Below are positions 1 to 9,662 of a stretch of DNA of 64,000 nt, in pieces. Origin of the DNA: a virus; the IMG/VR virus record IMGVR_UViG_3300037502_003029, positions 1,052 through 65,051 of that record; one strand, given 5' to 3'. Both the position numbers and the translations under genes were made by a program. The stretch's first letter is position 1. The number at the start of each line of letters is the position of its first letter. Under the pieces are notes generated by a model. That model saw nothing but the letters and a program-made list of their open reading frames with translations, was not told the origin of the DNA and ran no database searches.

Positions 1-1707
1 TCCTCCAACTCCTATTACAGGTGTAGATGCTTGCCATGTTATGGTAGAACCATCACAATTTTCAGAGGTTAATGTAAACTTTAATCCATCAATAGCATAT
101 ATATTAGACCAACAAGGACATCCTGCACTAGCTGCTATTACTATTTCATTGGTATTCTCAGTTATGGTTATATTTGATCCTTGGACAAGAGTTCTAAATT
201 GTAAGTCTACTCCAGATTTAGTTTTAAATACATCTGCACCTGTTCCTAAGTTTGAGGCAGTATTGACCTCACCCGAATCGGCAGCAGGAGCCCACGTACT
301 TCCATTCCATTTTAATACTTGCCCGTTAGTAGCTGCCTGTTGGGCTATTCTTAGAGGAGAGGCAGTAGTGCCATTACCGGCTAAAGTAGAGTCATGTTCT
401 ACAACTTGAGTTCCCCAGTTATCCCCAGTTCCACTTGTAGGGTAAGGGACAGAGGCAACGACATTATTATCTTGGTCTACTAATTTTAACATGTTATCAT
501 CTAATCTGATAATATATGTAGTATTAGTATCTAAATCAGTCCATGATGGTGATAATATTGTACCATCAGACATTGTTAAAGTTAAAGTTTTTGTAGTCGT
601 TCCAGTTACAGCTGCAGATTCTAAAAATGGATTATTCAAAAATTGAATACAACCGCAAGTATTTCTTACCCAAGCTGTTCCACTATACTCGTATACTGAA
701 ATAGCCCCTGGGTGATAAACGGTGATAACATCTCCCTTCTCTGGTGTATAGTTTTCTACGCTTGCTATGTAGTTTGATACATCTGCTGGCATGTTTGTAT
801 AAGGACAAGATGGGCAAGGATTATTTATCTCTTCACACTCTTCTTCAGAGCAGAAGACTAAATGTCTATTATCTTGTTCCCCTGTACAATTATGCCCCCA
901 ACCGCCAACTAAGTCTCCATCAGCATTGTAAATAACTTCCCAGCATAAGTCTTGAATTTGTTGGTTAGTTAATCCTGAATAAGCAGATTGACTTTTTAAG
1001 GTAGCAATCTCACCTGCTGTTAATGTAGAACCTTCTATAAAATTGGCAGTATGGTCAAAAACATCTTTATCTGCTATAATAGGATGAAGAGTCATAGTAT
1101 ATGTAGAACATATTGTAATGGTATCTTCACCTAGTATACAATTTAATCCCCAGGTAAATGAACCTGGTAGAGATGGATCTATATATTCATAATAACCCCT
1201 ACCAGTATCTTCATCAAAAGAAATTATATTTACATTTTCTTCTGAATCTGTTTCTATAAACCATTCAGATGTAGCTCCTTGTGTACATGGTGTACTACAA
1301 GTAGATAAATCAAATTCTAAACCAGTAGTACAATTTGTACCACCAGCTAAAGGATCACAAGATGCTACTTCAAATAAAATAGTATCTGTTTTTATATTAT
1401 TAACACCATTTGTATCTCCTGTTCCTGTAACAGTAGCTACAATAGTAAATTCTTCAGATATACCTGGAATTGGTCCATTAAAATTTAAAATTATATTTGC
1501 TGATAAAACCTGTCCAGCAGTCATAGCACCGATAGTCCATACGTTTGCTACAAGTGATCCTACTGGAAATATAGTTGTATTACTAATTGATATTTCAGGA
1601 GGTAATGTAAATGTTACTTGTACATTACTATTAGAAGTTGGACCATTAGTAATAGTAAGTGACCATGATAAATGATCGTTTATTGCTCTTACAATACCTA
1701 TTTGCAT
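1..1707 (-). CDS. Large Cys-rich virion protein (tail fibre/adhesin-like), partial: C-terminus lies beyond window start
   Basis: Manual reverse translation from ATG (complement of 1705-1707) gives [23 protein letters not shown]... with no stop seen to the window edge. The ORF track shows only two short plus ORFs here, consistent with a truncated minus ORF it did not list. Many Cys pairs. It sits beside other structural genes. Confidence 0.45.
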   Translation of the reverse strand, partial: MQIGIVRAINDHLSWSLTITNGPTSNSNVQVTFTLPPEISISNTTIFPVGSLVANVWTIGAMTAGQVLSANIILNFNGPIPGISEEFTIVATVTGTGDTNGVNNIKTDTILFEVASCDPLAGGTNCTTGLEFDLSTCSTPCTQGATSEWFIETDSEENVNIISFDEDTGRGYYEYIDPSLPGSFTWGLNCILGEDTITICSTYTMTLHPIIADKDVFDHTANFIEGSTLTAGEIATLKSQSAYSGLTNQQIQDLCWEVIYNADGDLVGGWGHNCTGEQDNRHLVFCSEEECEEINNPCPSCPYTNMPADVSNYIASVENYTPEKGDVITVYHPGAISVYEYSGTAWVRNTCGCIQFLNNPFLESAAVTGTTTKTLTLTMSDGTILSPSWTDLDTNTTYIIRLDDNMLKLVDQDNNVVASVPYPTSGTGDNWGTQVVEHDSTLAGNGTTASPLRIAQQAATNGQVLKWNGSTWAPAADSGEVNTASNLGTGADVFKTKSGVDLQFRTLVQGSNITITENTNEIVIAASAGCPCWSNIYAIDGLKFTLTSENCDGSTITWQASTPVIGVGG

Positions 1708-1722
1708 TTTATATTAGTTTTT

Positions 1723-2175
1723 TTAGCTTATTGAAATAGAAGGTACATTATTAATGCTAACTTCTGGTGGAATAGGAATACAATCTCCAGTGCACTTATC
1801 ACAAGTTTCATATTCATCGCAATTTACGTTTACACAATTATTAGTATAAACTATAATTATTTTACCAAAATCTGATAATCTACCACAAGCTACTTTATAA
1901 ACTATCTCACCGGGAGCGTAGTTATTATTTACAGGCGTAAATGTAACGGCTGTAGAAGTTATTGTAGGATTAGATACGTTTTTAGATGATATTATTGAGT
2001 ATACTGCAGGCGTGCTACCACAAGCTGCAATAACTGGAGATATATCAATATCAGTAACAGGATCACAAGCTGTAACTTGATCCGTAACTAACATGTTAGG
2101 TGTATATATACAGTTCCCACCGCACGCTGGTGCTGGTGGACTTATAACTGTAGGAGTACAAGTACAAAGACCCAT
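1723..2175 (-). CDS. Cys-rich hypothetical virion protein
   Basis: ORF track, 150 aa, 14 Cys, in the structural block. Confidence 0.4.
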   Translation of the reverse strand: MGLCTCTPTVISPPAPACGGNCIYTPNMLVTDQVTACDPVTDIDISPVIAACGSTPAVYSIISSKNVSNPTITSTAVTFTPVNNNYAPGEIVYKVACGRLSDFGKIIIVYTNNCVNVNCDEYETCDKCTGDCIPIPPEVSINNVPSISIS

Positions 2176-2195
2176 TATTAATTATTTATTAGTTA

Positions 2196-2741
2196 TTAAG
2201 GTGCTACTACTACAATTGCGCAAGTGGCTGTAAAGCCTCCATCAGTTGATGTAAATGTAATAGTAGATGTACCTGCAGCAATGGCTGTTACCAAACCGGA
2301 TGAATTAACTGTAGCTTTTGCAGTATTACTTGAAGTCCAATCACCTGTTTGTATTGCTCCTAGAGGTAATACAGTTGCTGTAAGTTGTCTTGTAGCACCA
2401 ACAGTTAAATTAGTACCTACTAAACATCCAGTAATAGTTACACTAGTAGCAGAAGGTGCAGCATTAGTTTTATAAGTACAAACAGCTTCAGCAGCATCTG
2501 CTAAAGTCATTATTGTTAATGAACCATCTACTACCATTAAAGCTACTTTTCTATCTATATCACCTGATACTGGATTAAAATCAGGTAAAACAATATAACC
2601 GTCAGGATGGATATAATATCCACACTCAGGGTCATTGTATATCATTTTCTCTACAGGAACTTTAGAACCATCTCTAGTAAAACGAGATGCTACTCCTCTA
2701 TGAAAATAAACAAAAGGGTCTTTAGGATTTATTCTTCCCAT
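2196..2741 (-). CDS. Bacterial Ig-like (Big_2-type) domain protein, possible capsid/tail decoration
   Basis: C-terminal ...GLVTAIAAGTSTITFTSTDGGFTATCAIVV resembles the Big_2 signature. Confidence 0.45.
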   Translation of the reverse strand: MGRINPKDPFVYFHRGVASRFTRDGSKVPVEKMIYNDPECGYYIHPDGYIVLPDFNPVSGDIDRKVALMVVDGSLTIMTLADAAEAVCTYKTNAAPSATSVTITGCLVGTNLTVGATRQLTATVLPLGAIQTGDWTSSNTAKATVNSSGLVTAIAAGTSTITFTSTDGGFTATCAIVVVAP

Positions 2742-2754
2742 TTTATATTAATTT

Positions 2755-3249
2755 TTAACATTTACAATTTAAGTGTTCAAACATTTTTTTTACAATTGTG
2801 TAGTGTTCTATAGCTTCAATAGTATTGCAAATTCGAGAGTTTGCTTTTATAAATTCTATTTCTTTAAATATTGGTAGTACAGAAGATTCGTACTTTTCTA
2901 AATCAGTAGTTATTAGTAATTTAGTATAAGAACACATTATATGTATTAGTATTGCTTCACATCTTGTATATATATCTCCACATGTTTCTATGATAAATTC
3001 GTATATACCATCGTTTCCGCAACCATTATCAGAAGGTAGATCACAATATTTTATTATTGTAGTTCCACCTACTCGTATATCTATTATTTTAGATTTATCT
3101 CCGTTTTTTATAGTTAGAGGGTGAGTTTCTAATGGAGAATTAAATTCAGAAGTAATCCATTCACTTTTATCAACAAATAATAAATAATCTTCTTTGTATT
3201 CAATTACAAAATTAAAATTATTATTTGCTATGCAGGAGCATTTCTTCAT
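2755..3249 (-). CDS. Hypothetical Cys-rich protein
   Basis: ORF track, 164 aa. Confidence 0.4.
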   Translation of the reverse strand: MKKCSCIANNNFNFVIEYKEDYLLFVDKSEWITSEFNSPLETHPLTIKNGDKSKIIDIRVGGTTIIKYCDLPSDNGCGNDGIYEFIIETCGDIYTRCEAILIHIMCSYTKLLITTDLEKYESSVLPIFKEIEFIKANSRICNTIEAIEHYTIVKKMFEHLNCKC

Positions 3250-3267
3250 TTATTTGTTATTTTAAAA

Positions 3268-3300
3268 GGATACTGCCGAAGCAGTACCCTTTTTATTTTT
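3268..3300. terminator. Hairpin GGATACTGC-CGAA-GCAGTACCC flanked by T/A runs (bidirectional terminator candidate)
   Basis: Inverted repeat read directly from the sequence, followed by TTTTTATTTTT; lies 3' of the minus gene 3306..4994. Confidence 0.45.
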
Positions 3301-3305
3301 AATTA

Positions 3306-4994
3306 TTAACCTCCGATTATGTTACCGTTTGCATTTCTATAACCTGCAGCGTTTACAGTATAGTTAGCATTCAGCGTCCTTTCAACTTGATCTTGATCTG
3401 AAGCGCATGTTACAGATTGGAAGAGTTTACCGGGTACAGAAGCAATCCACGGATTTATAATTGCTTCAAAAGATGTTTTAAACGCTGTATTAGTATTAGG
3501 TACAACAACAGTTAATCGTGTATGAATATCACTGTTATGAGCAAATACGGAAGTATCTTTAGTAACACCATCGTATTCAAAGTTGTAAATACATACAGTA
3601 TCAAAACTATCACAACCTTTAAAGATACCGTGACCCATTGCTGGAGTACGAGAACCAGGTGTAAAGTTTAAATACCTTCCAGAGAATTCATCATAACCCC
3701 AGCTAAATGGTTCGTTCATAGAAGTATCTTGTCTCAAGATATCATGAGCAACTTCGTAAACTAATCCACGAGGTATTTTGTAATCTTGGAATACAAACGT
3801 TTTGAATAAACCAATATTATTGTTGTTGTAACTAGTAGTTACGTTAATATCAGTATATAAAGTTTTTTTCCAATTATCAGGTCTATCAGCAAACTTATTG
3901 ATATCAATAGGTTTAGCAACTACCCTAATAAAGGCGCATGGAGTAACTGTAGTAGAAGTACCACAAGAACCACAATGACCTTGTTTAGTTACAGTATGAG
4001 TAGGTAATCCTGTATCGCATGGAGTAATAGGAGTAGCTTCATCACCTAACAATACGACAGGAACACAAGCGTTAATTAAAATTTTAACACCATCACAGCA
4101 AGGTTTTGCTGTACCTGTAAAAGTAGATGCGTTTAATGCATAACCTTTATCTCCTAAAGCATCGTTAATTTGTTTGATAATTTTATCTACATCAGATACT
4201 CTTGATAACGTATCATCTGCAGGATCTGTAGTTCCTACAAAAGTAGTAGTAACTTCATCCTCACCTTCTCCAATAGTAATACCAGTAATAGCAGAAATAG
4301 TATTACAACCTACACAAGCTGCATCTGCAGTAGTAAAACAGAATTGATAATCATATGGATGCAATACATATACGTGAAATGGACGATCTTTATCTTGATG
4401 CTGTCTAACCCTTCGTATTAAAGAGATATTATCTTTTAAAGAATAGTCTCTATCTTTACCATTAAATTTGTTAACAAGAGCACAAGCTACTTCTTTACAT
4501 TCTAAGGATTGTTCACAACCTTCGCAAGGATCAAAATCAAATTCTACAGTTTCAGTCCATCTTTCATAATCTCTATAATTATAGAAACGTTCTGTTTGCT
4601 CATCACGAGCTTCAATGGTCATAGAAAAAGAGTTACCTCTCTCCATACAACCAATACCTACGTCAATTATTTTAACTTGACCGCACTCAGGTGGTTCAGC
4701 AGTAACTGCATTAAGAGATGTAGCTGCAACTTTCTCAAAAGGAGCTTTTCTTAATACCATACCATCTTTTGTCTGCACACCTTGAGCTATACCCAAGTTA
4801 GGACAAGTACTAGCAGTAACACCAGCACCTACTGATACAAAAGTATCAGCATTATAGATAACGATTTGACCATCCCTAATATTAGGATTAAGTCCATAAA
4901 CATTACCTATTTCTACGAATATGGCTTGATTAGCTGGAAAAATATCTAAATTTTTATCAGCAACCAACCATCTGTCAAAAGCAATTCTAGACAT
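3306..4994 (-). CDS. Hypothetical virion structural protein (562 aa, multiple CxxC/CC clusters)
   Basis: Long ORF immediately downstream of the capsid-module genes. Confidence 0.45.
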   Translation of the reverse strand: MSRIAFDRWLVADKNLDIFPANQAIFVEIGNVYGLNPNIRDGQIVIYNADTFVSVGAGVTASTCPNLGIAQGVQTKDGMVLRKAPFEKVAATSLNAVTAEPPECGQVKIIDVGIGCMERGNSFSMTIEARDEQTERFYNYRDYERWTETVEFDFDPCEGCEQSLECKEVACALVNKFNGKDRDYSLKDNISLIRRVRQHQDKDRPFHVYVLHPYDYQFCFTTADAACVGCNTISAITGITIGEGEDEVTTTFVGTTDPADDTLSRVSDVDKIIKQINDALGDKGYALNASTFTGTAKPCCDGVKILINACVPVVLLGDEATPITPCDTGLPTHTVTKQGHCGSCGTSTTVTPCAFIRVVAKPIDINKFADRPDNWKKTLYTDINVTTSYNNNNIGLFKTFVFQDYKIPRGLVYEVAHDILRQDTSMNEPFSWGYDEFSGRYLNFTPGSRTPAMGHGIFKGCDSFDTVCIYNFEYDGVTKDTSVFAHNSDIHTRLTVVVPNTNTAFKTSFEAIINPWIASVPGKLFQSVTCASDQDQVERTLNANYTVNAAGYRNANGNIIGG

Positions 4995-5009
4995 GTTTTA
5001 AAATTTATT

Positions 5010-5729
5010 TTATTGATTAATATATACTTTTTCATTAAATAATATAGTTTCCATCGGTGTTTTAGGATTACCATTTAAATCCTTCTCAATTTGATATTCC
5101 ACTATATCTATTATTTTTCTCCAAACTATAGGGTTATCTATCATTAAATGTTTATCTTCTGTTATAGTTTCACCATCTTGATTAATATATAATCCATTTG
5201 CTACTCCACTATAATAAGCTACATCAGGTATCCATTTAAGATAATCTATGTAAACATCTGTAATATTCATTATATCTCCATGATATATATGTAAACCTTG
5301 TGAATCTTCGTTGCTAAATGTTTCTCTCCAATTAAAACTTGGTTGAACATTTACATCTCTAAGAGATTCTTCTATTTTGTGAGTTTGAATATCGTTTACA
5401 AATAAAGAATCTTCAAGTTCACATTCATATGATTTAGCTTTACAATATCTATTTAAAGTAGTATAATGATCAGAAGGTAATTTAAAAATAGTACTTTTAC
5501 TATTAGTAGATAACTTTTCTAGTTGTTTATTTTTTATTTCAAGAGATTTTAATTTATCTCCTAAAGTTCTGTTTTTCTCTACAATTGCTGAATAGTTTTC
5601 TAATAAAATCTCTTTGGCTTGATTAATATAAGCATCAATATCAACTACAGTAAGTGCTCGATCATAATCAGAGAATACTCTATTCATTCTCCGTTTAATT
5701 TCTGCATGTAATTTTTGTACTTTAATCAT
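5010..5729 (-). CDS. Hypothetical protein (head module)
   Basis: ORF track; start overlaps the upstream gene (ATGA-type coupling). Confidence 0.45.
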   Translation of the reverse strand: MIKVQKLHAEIKRRMNRVFSDYDRALTVVDIDAYINQAKEILLENYSAIVEKNRTLGDKLKSLEIKNKQLEKLSTNSKSTIFKLPSDHYTTLNRYCKAKSYECELEDSLFVNDIQTHKIEESLRDVNVQPSFNWRETFSNEDSQGLHIYHGDIMNITDVYIDYLKWIPDVAYYSGVANGLYINQDGETITEDKHLMIDNPIVWRKIIDIVEYQIEKDLNGNPKTPMETILFNEKVYINQ

Positions 5730-6702
5730 TTCCGCTGTTGAGTTTTACTGCACTCTTCATTCTTAAATAAATTTCGCTATTAGTAGGATTCATTAAATAA
5801 TCAATAACATTTTGTTTTTCTTTACCTATTGAGTTTCCAAATAAAACATAAGCTTGTGTTTCTCTATCTTTTTTGATAACACCAGTTCTCATTGCTTGAT
5901 CTATATATCTTCTAGCTTCTAAATCATCTGTAGATGATTTTGCTAAATGTATTAAGAACTGTTGCTTGCTCATTTTTAAATCTGGATTCATCTTAGTATC
6001 TAATGCTGCATCCTCTAACAACTCAGTTATATGGTCAATACTGCTATCTTCACTTCTAGTCAACCCTAAGATAAATGCTACTGCTCGTTTTTTATCATCA
6101 CTCATATTATTTATAAGTTCTTCTGCAGTTTTACGATTTTCTCTTACTTTTTTTCTAGCTTGTTTATCGACTTCAGTATCAACTATAATATATTTTGCTC
6201 TATTATTTAAAGCTGGATTTATATTTTCACCACCTATTTGAAATCTTGAATTAGATAAAGCACCTAAATATAAAAGATATTCTAAGGGGTGATCTGTATT
6301 TAAAACGCCATAACCTTCATCTAATCGTAATACTAATTTTAAATTATTAAAAAAAGGATCGTGAACATTATAAAGATCACAAGAAGTTATTGGTCTACCA
6401 TAATCAGGATGTTTTTTAATATCGTTAAATAAATTACATTTTTTTACTAGTTCATTTAATTCATCACTATTTGTATCGTGACCTTTTAAAATGTATCTTT
6501 TTTTACTAGTAGAATAACTTATTGTACGCTCTCCTTGATTAGAACCCGGTAAACGCTCTCTGTTGTATTCTCCCATACTTCTATAAGATTTTACACCAGA
6601 TTCATTTACTTCTTCTGCGTATTGAATCATTTGTCCATTTATTGAATTATTACCTCCAAATCTTTTGGATAATGGACTTGGTATTATTTTAACTATTGCC
6701 AT
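5722..6702 (-). CDS. Hypothetical head-associated protein
   Basis: ORF track; position after the capsid gene. Confidence 0.45.
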   Translation of the reverse strand: MAIVKIIPSPLSKRFGGNNSINGQMIQYAEEVNESGVKSYRSMGEYNRERLPGSNQGERTISYSTSKKRYILKGHDTNSDELNELVKKCNLFNDIKKHPDYGRPITSCDLYNVHDPFFNNLKLVLRLDEGYGVLNTDHPLEYLLYLGALSNSRFQIGGENINPALNNRAKYIIVDTEVDKQARKKVRENRKTAEELINNMSDDKKRAVAFILGLTRSEDSSIDHITELLEDAALDTKMNPDLKMSKQQFLIHLAKSSTDDLEARRYIDQAMRTGVIKKDRETQAYVLFGNSIGKEKQNVIDYLMNPTNSEIYLRMKSAVKLNSGND

Positions 6703-6826
6703 GCTTACTTACTATTTTTAATTTAAAAAAAAGAGGCTCGGTATCACACCTCTAATATATTGTCCTAAGAGTAACTATAACTTTTTGCACGAACGATGCA
6801 TGCCCGATTATTATACCGATATATTT

Positions 6827-8365
6827 TTAATATGTTACAGATGGTAACAATAATAAACACAAGTTTACGTCTTTGATTCTTGCTCCAAAAGTATCAGCAG
6901 CTACTAATTCATAACTTCTTCGCTTATGTTGAGCAGAGAATCCACCTTTACCGGATTTACCGTTGATAGGTCCAATTGGAGACCACAAACCGCAAATATA
7001 AGTAAATGCTTCTGCATCTTTTTTCTTTAACAATTCTACGTTACCGTGAGAACCTAAACCGTAATCCATTACAAAATACATGTAAGATGTTAATGGAAGT
7101 TTAGTATCAGGGTGAACAATACCACCATTTAATTCTCTATTATCAAGAATTGGTAAATGTTCAAATCGTAAAGAACCAAAAGGTAATAAATCTACTTCTA
7201 AGAAGGTAGGATTAAGTACTTTATAACCAGGACTGTTAGAACCAGGATATGCTTCACCAGATTTAACAAATTTATCCCAAGGAACTTGTACATTAAGCAT
7301 GTTATACAATTCACGAATAGAATCATGTGCTTGCATCATACCCGCTCTACCAGTTTTAACAACTATATTAGCGTTTTCTGGAGATATAGTGTCCCAACCA
7401 ACTTCTTGCATAAAATCTCTAAGAGCATCAATAGAGAAGTTACCTAAAGGATAAGTGACGATATTAGCATCTTCCATAAATTCCATGATCCCTGGACCAA
7501 TCCTTCTATGGTATCCTGAAGTCTTATCTATAATATTTTTACCAGCAGCCCTACCATACCAAATCATCAATTCTTTTTCCCATTTGGATTCTACTAAGAA
7601 TTCAGTTTCAACCCAAGATATAAGTTGTCTAGGTATTTGTTTAATCTCTAAACCCTTATCATTAACAGGTGTAAGAACTAAGTTGAGATCATGAGCTTTA
7701 TTAGTTACTTCTACAGATTTACCCCAATCGGATAACCAAGTTTTAAATCTAATATAAGAGTTATTTCCGGTAACTTGAAATGAACCATAACCTTCAGATC
7801 CTTCACTATAAGCAGCACCTACTTTAATCCATTTAAGATTTGGTTCTAACAAATCAGGATCAAAATAAGCGTTTGGATCCATTGTAACAACTTGACCAGT
7901 ATAAATATAATCCAAACCATCTTTAACAGGTAAGTATTGAATTATAATTTGCTGATCCCACGCTATTTCAGGAGCAATAATATCACCAGGTACAAAATTA
8001 GGATTATCTAATTTTACTTGTAACTCAGTAAAGTTGTGACCGGGGTATTTAACACCAGGCATCAAATTCTCTTTAGCTAAAGTTTCAATTTTACCTGAAC
8101 CTTTAAGTGACCATTCTACTTCATCCGCATCTACCGAGCGCTCTCTTCCTTGACCAATCAAAGAATCCCATAAAGTAGCTTTTTTACCACTAAGAGCTGG
8201 TCTAGCTGTAGCAGCATACTGCATAATCTTATCTGTAAGATCTGCAGCTTTTTTTGAATGAGGATGATTAACGAGTAAAACGTTTTCTGAGAAGTAATTA
8301 CCATAAGGTACTTCTTTAGCGGCTTCCTCGTATATCTCCCATTTAGTTGGTTTTAATCTTGCCAT
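6827..8365 (-). CDS. Putative major capsid protein
   Basis: 512 aa ORF directly following a scaffold-like acidic coiled-coil gene in a terminase-portal-scaffold-capsid order; the call is positional only. Confidence 0.4.
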   Translation of the reverse strand: MARLKPTKWEIYEEAAKEVPYGNYFSENVLLVNHPHSKKAADLTDKIMQYAATARPALSGKKATLWDSLIGQGRERSVDADEVEWSLKGSGKIETLAKENLMPGVKYPGHNFTELQVKLDNPNFVPGDIIAPEIAWDQQIIIQYLPVKDGLDYIYTGQVVTMDPNAYFDPDLLEPNLKWIKVGAAYSEGSEGYGSFQVTGNNSYIRFKTWLSDWGKSVEVTNKAHDLNLVLTPVNDKGLEIKQIPRQLISWVETEFLVESKWEKELMIWYGRAAGKNIIDKTSGYHRRIGPGIMEFMEDANIVTYPLGNFSIDALRDFMQEVGWDTISPENANIVVKTGRAGMMQAHDSIRELYNMLNVQVPWDKFVKSGEAYPGSNSPGYKVLNPTFLEVDLLPFGSLRFEHLPILDNRELNGGIVHPDTKLPLTSYMYFVMDYGLGSHGNVELLKKKDAEAFTYICGLWSPIGPINGKSGKGGFSAQHKRRSYELVAADTFGARIKDVNLCLLLLPSVTY

Positions 8366-8378
8366 TTGTTTTTAAAAT

Positions 8379-9515
8379 TTAATCTTCAAAATAATTTTTT
8401 CTTTTATTACTAGTAGAAGTATTTCTACTATTTAACAAATTAGTTAATTCGCTATTTACTTTAGTTTTTGCTTTATTAACAACAGATGTAAAATCAAATC
8501 CATTTGCTAATAATTGCATAAATGCTATTTGTTGTTCTAAATCTTTAGAAAATTCTTGATACCTTTTTTCTACCAAAGGTACTTTATAAGTAACTTTTCT
8601 ACCTTGGTTATCAACACCTTCAACTAATTCAGTTGGTTTAAATATCGCATCTTCCAAAGCTTTCTTTTCTAAAGCTAAACCTTTAGCAGTTCCTTTACTT
8701 ATAATTGCTTTTATTTGAGCATCTGTTTTTTGTTTCTCTTGTAACCATTGTTGTTTACGAGCTTCAGCTTCTCTTTGAGCACTTTGTAATACAATCATTT
8801 CTTGTTGCTTATGAAGAGCTATAGATTCTTCAGCTTTTTCAGCTAACAAACCTTTCTCTTTATAATTCTCGATGATATCATCTATTACATCAGGTGCTGT
8901 ATTTTTTAATTTCAAACCTGATTTAACAATAAATTCTAGATCTTCTTGCTCTTCTTCACCAGTTAAAACTACATCTGCTATATTTTTTAAGTACGCAGCA
9001 GTTTGAATAGTATCTTCATCAGCTCCATTCATTACTGCGTTTATATAATCAGCAATTTCAGCATATTGATTTGTAAGAATTTCTTTTTGTTCTTCTACTT
9101 TTTTGGTAACACTTTTTTTGATACCTTCAATCAAATCTTCTGCTTTTAGATCTTTAGATACTTCTGGTAACTCTAAAAGTTCAGAATCTACGTCTTTAAG
9201 AGCTAATGCTAATAAAGCTGTATTAGAATAATCATCAAAAGATTCAACACTATCTTCCGTAACAACAGAAGTATTGTCTACAACATCTGATACATCTTTA
9301 TCATCATTATCAGCATCATCATCTTCAGCAGATTCAATTGGATCATCAAAATCTTCATCTATTTCTGGTTCCAGAACATTTGAAGGATCATCATCCGCTT
9401 CATCTTGATAATCATCTAATAAATCAGATTCTCCGCTATCAAATAAATCTTCAATAGCATTGTTTACAAACATTTGTTCGCTTGTTTCTGTGAATTCTCC
9501 TACTTTTTTTCTCAT
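8379..9515 (-). CDS. Putative scaffolding protein
   Basis: Highly acidic N-terminus (D/E runs) plus long predicted coiled coil, between the portal and capsid genes. Confidence 0.5.
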   Translation of the reverse strand: MRKKVGEFTETSEQMFVNNAIEDLFDSGESDLLDDYQDEADDDPSNVLEPEIDEDFDDPIESAEDDDADNDDKDVSDVVDNTSVVTEDSVESFDDYSNTALLALALKDVDSELLELPEVSKDLKAEDLIEGIKKSVTKKVEEQKEILTNQYAEIADYINAVMNGADEDTIQTAAYLKNIADVVLTGEEEQEDLEFIVKSGLKLKNTAPDVIDDIIENYKEKGLLAEKAEESIALHKQQEMIVLQSAQREAEARKQQWLQEKQKTDAQIKAIISKGTAKGLALEKKALEDAIFKPTELVEGVDNQGRKVTYKVPLVEKRYQEFSKDLEQQIAFMQLLANGFDFTSVVNKAKTKVNSELTNLLNSRNTSTSNKRKNYFED

Positions 9516-9662
9516 ATTTTTTACTTTCTGTGTGCAAAGATATATATGATATATATATGAAAATAATAATGATACCTATTTAAAAAAGAAATTTTTTCAA
9601 CTTTATGTATTTTTGTTACCTTCGATATTTTATATCTATATAGTTTACACGGTTAATTAATA

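Noticed and set aside
41-935. Plus-strand ORFs 41..409 and 744..935
   Set aside because: They lie inside and antisense to a much longer uninterrupted minus-strand reading frame (1..1707) that sits in the structural gene block, so they are probably spurious.
2224-2813. Plus ORFs 2224..2475 and 2607..2813
   Set aside because: They are antisense to the Big_2-domain gene, and the minus frame is the biologically coherent one.
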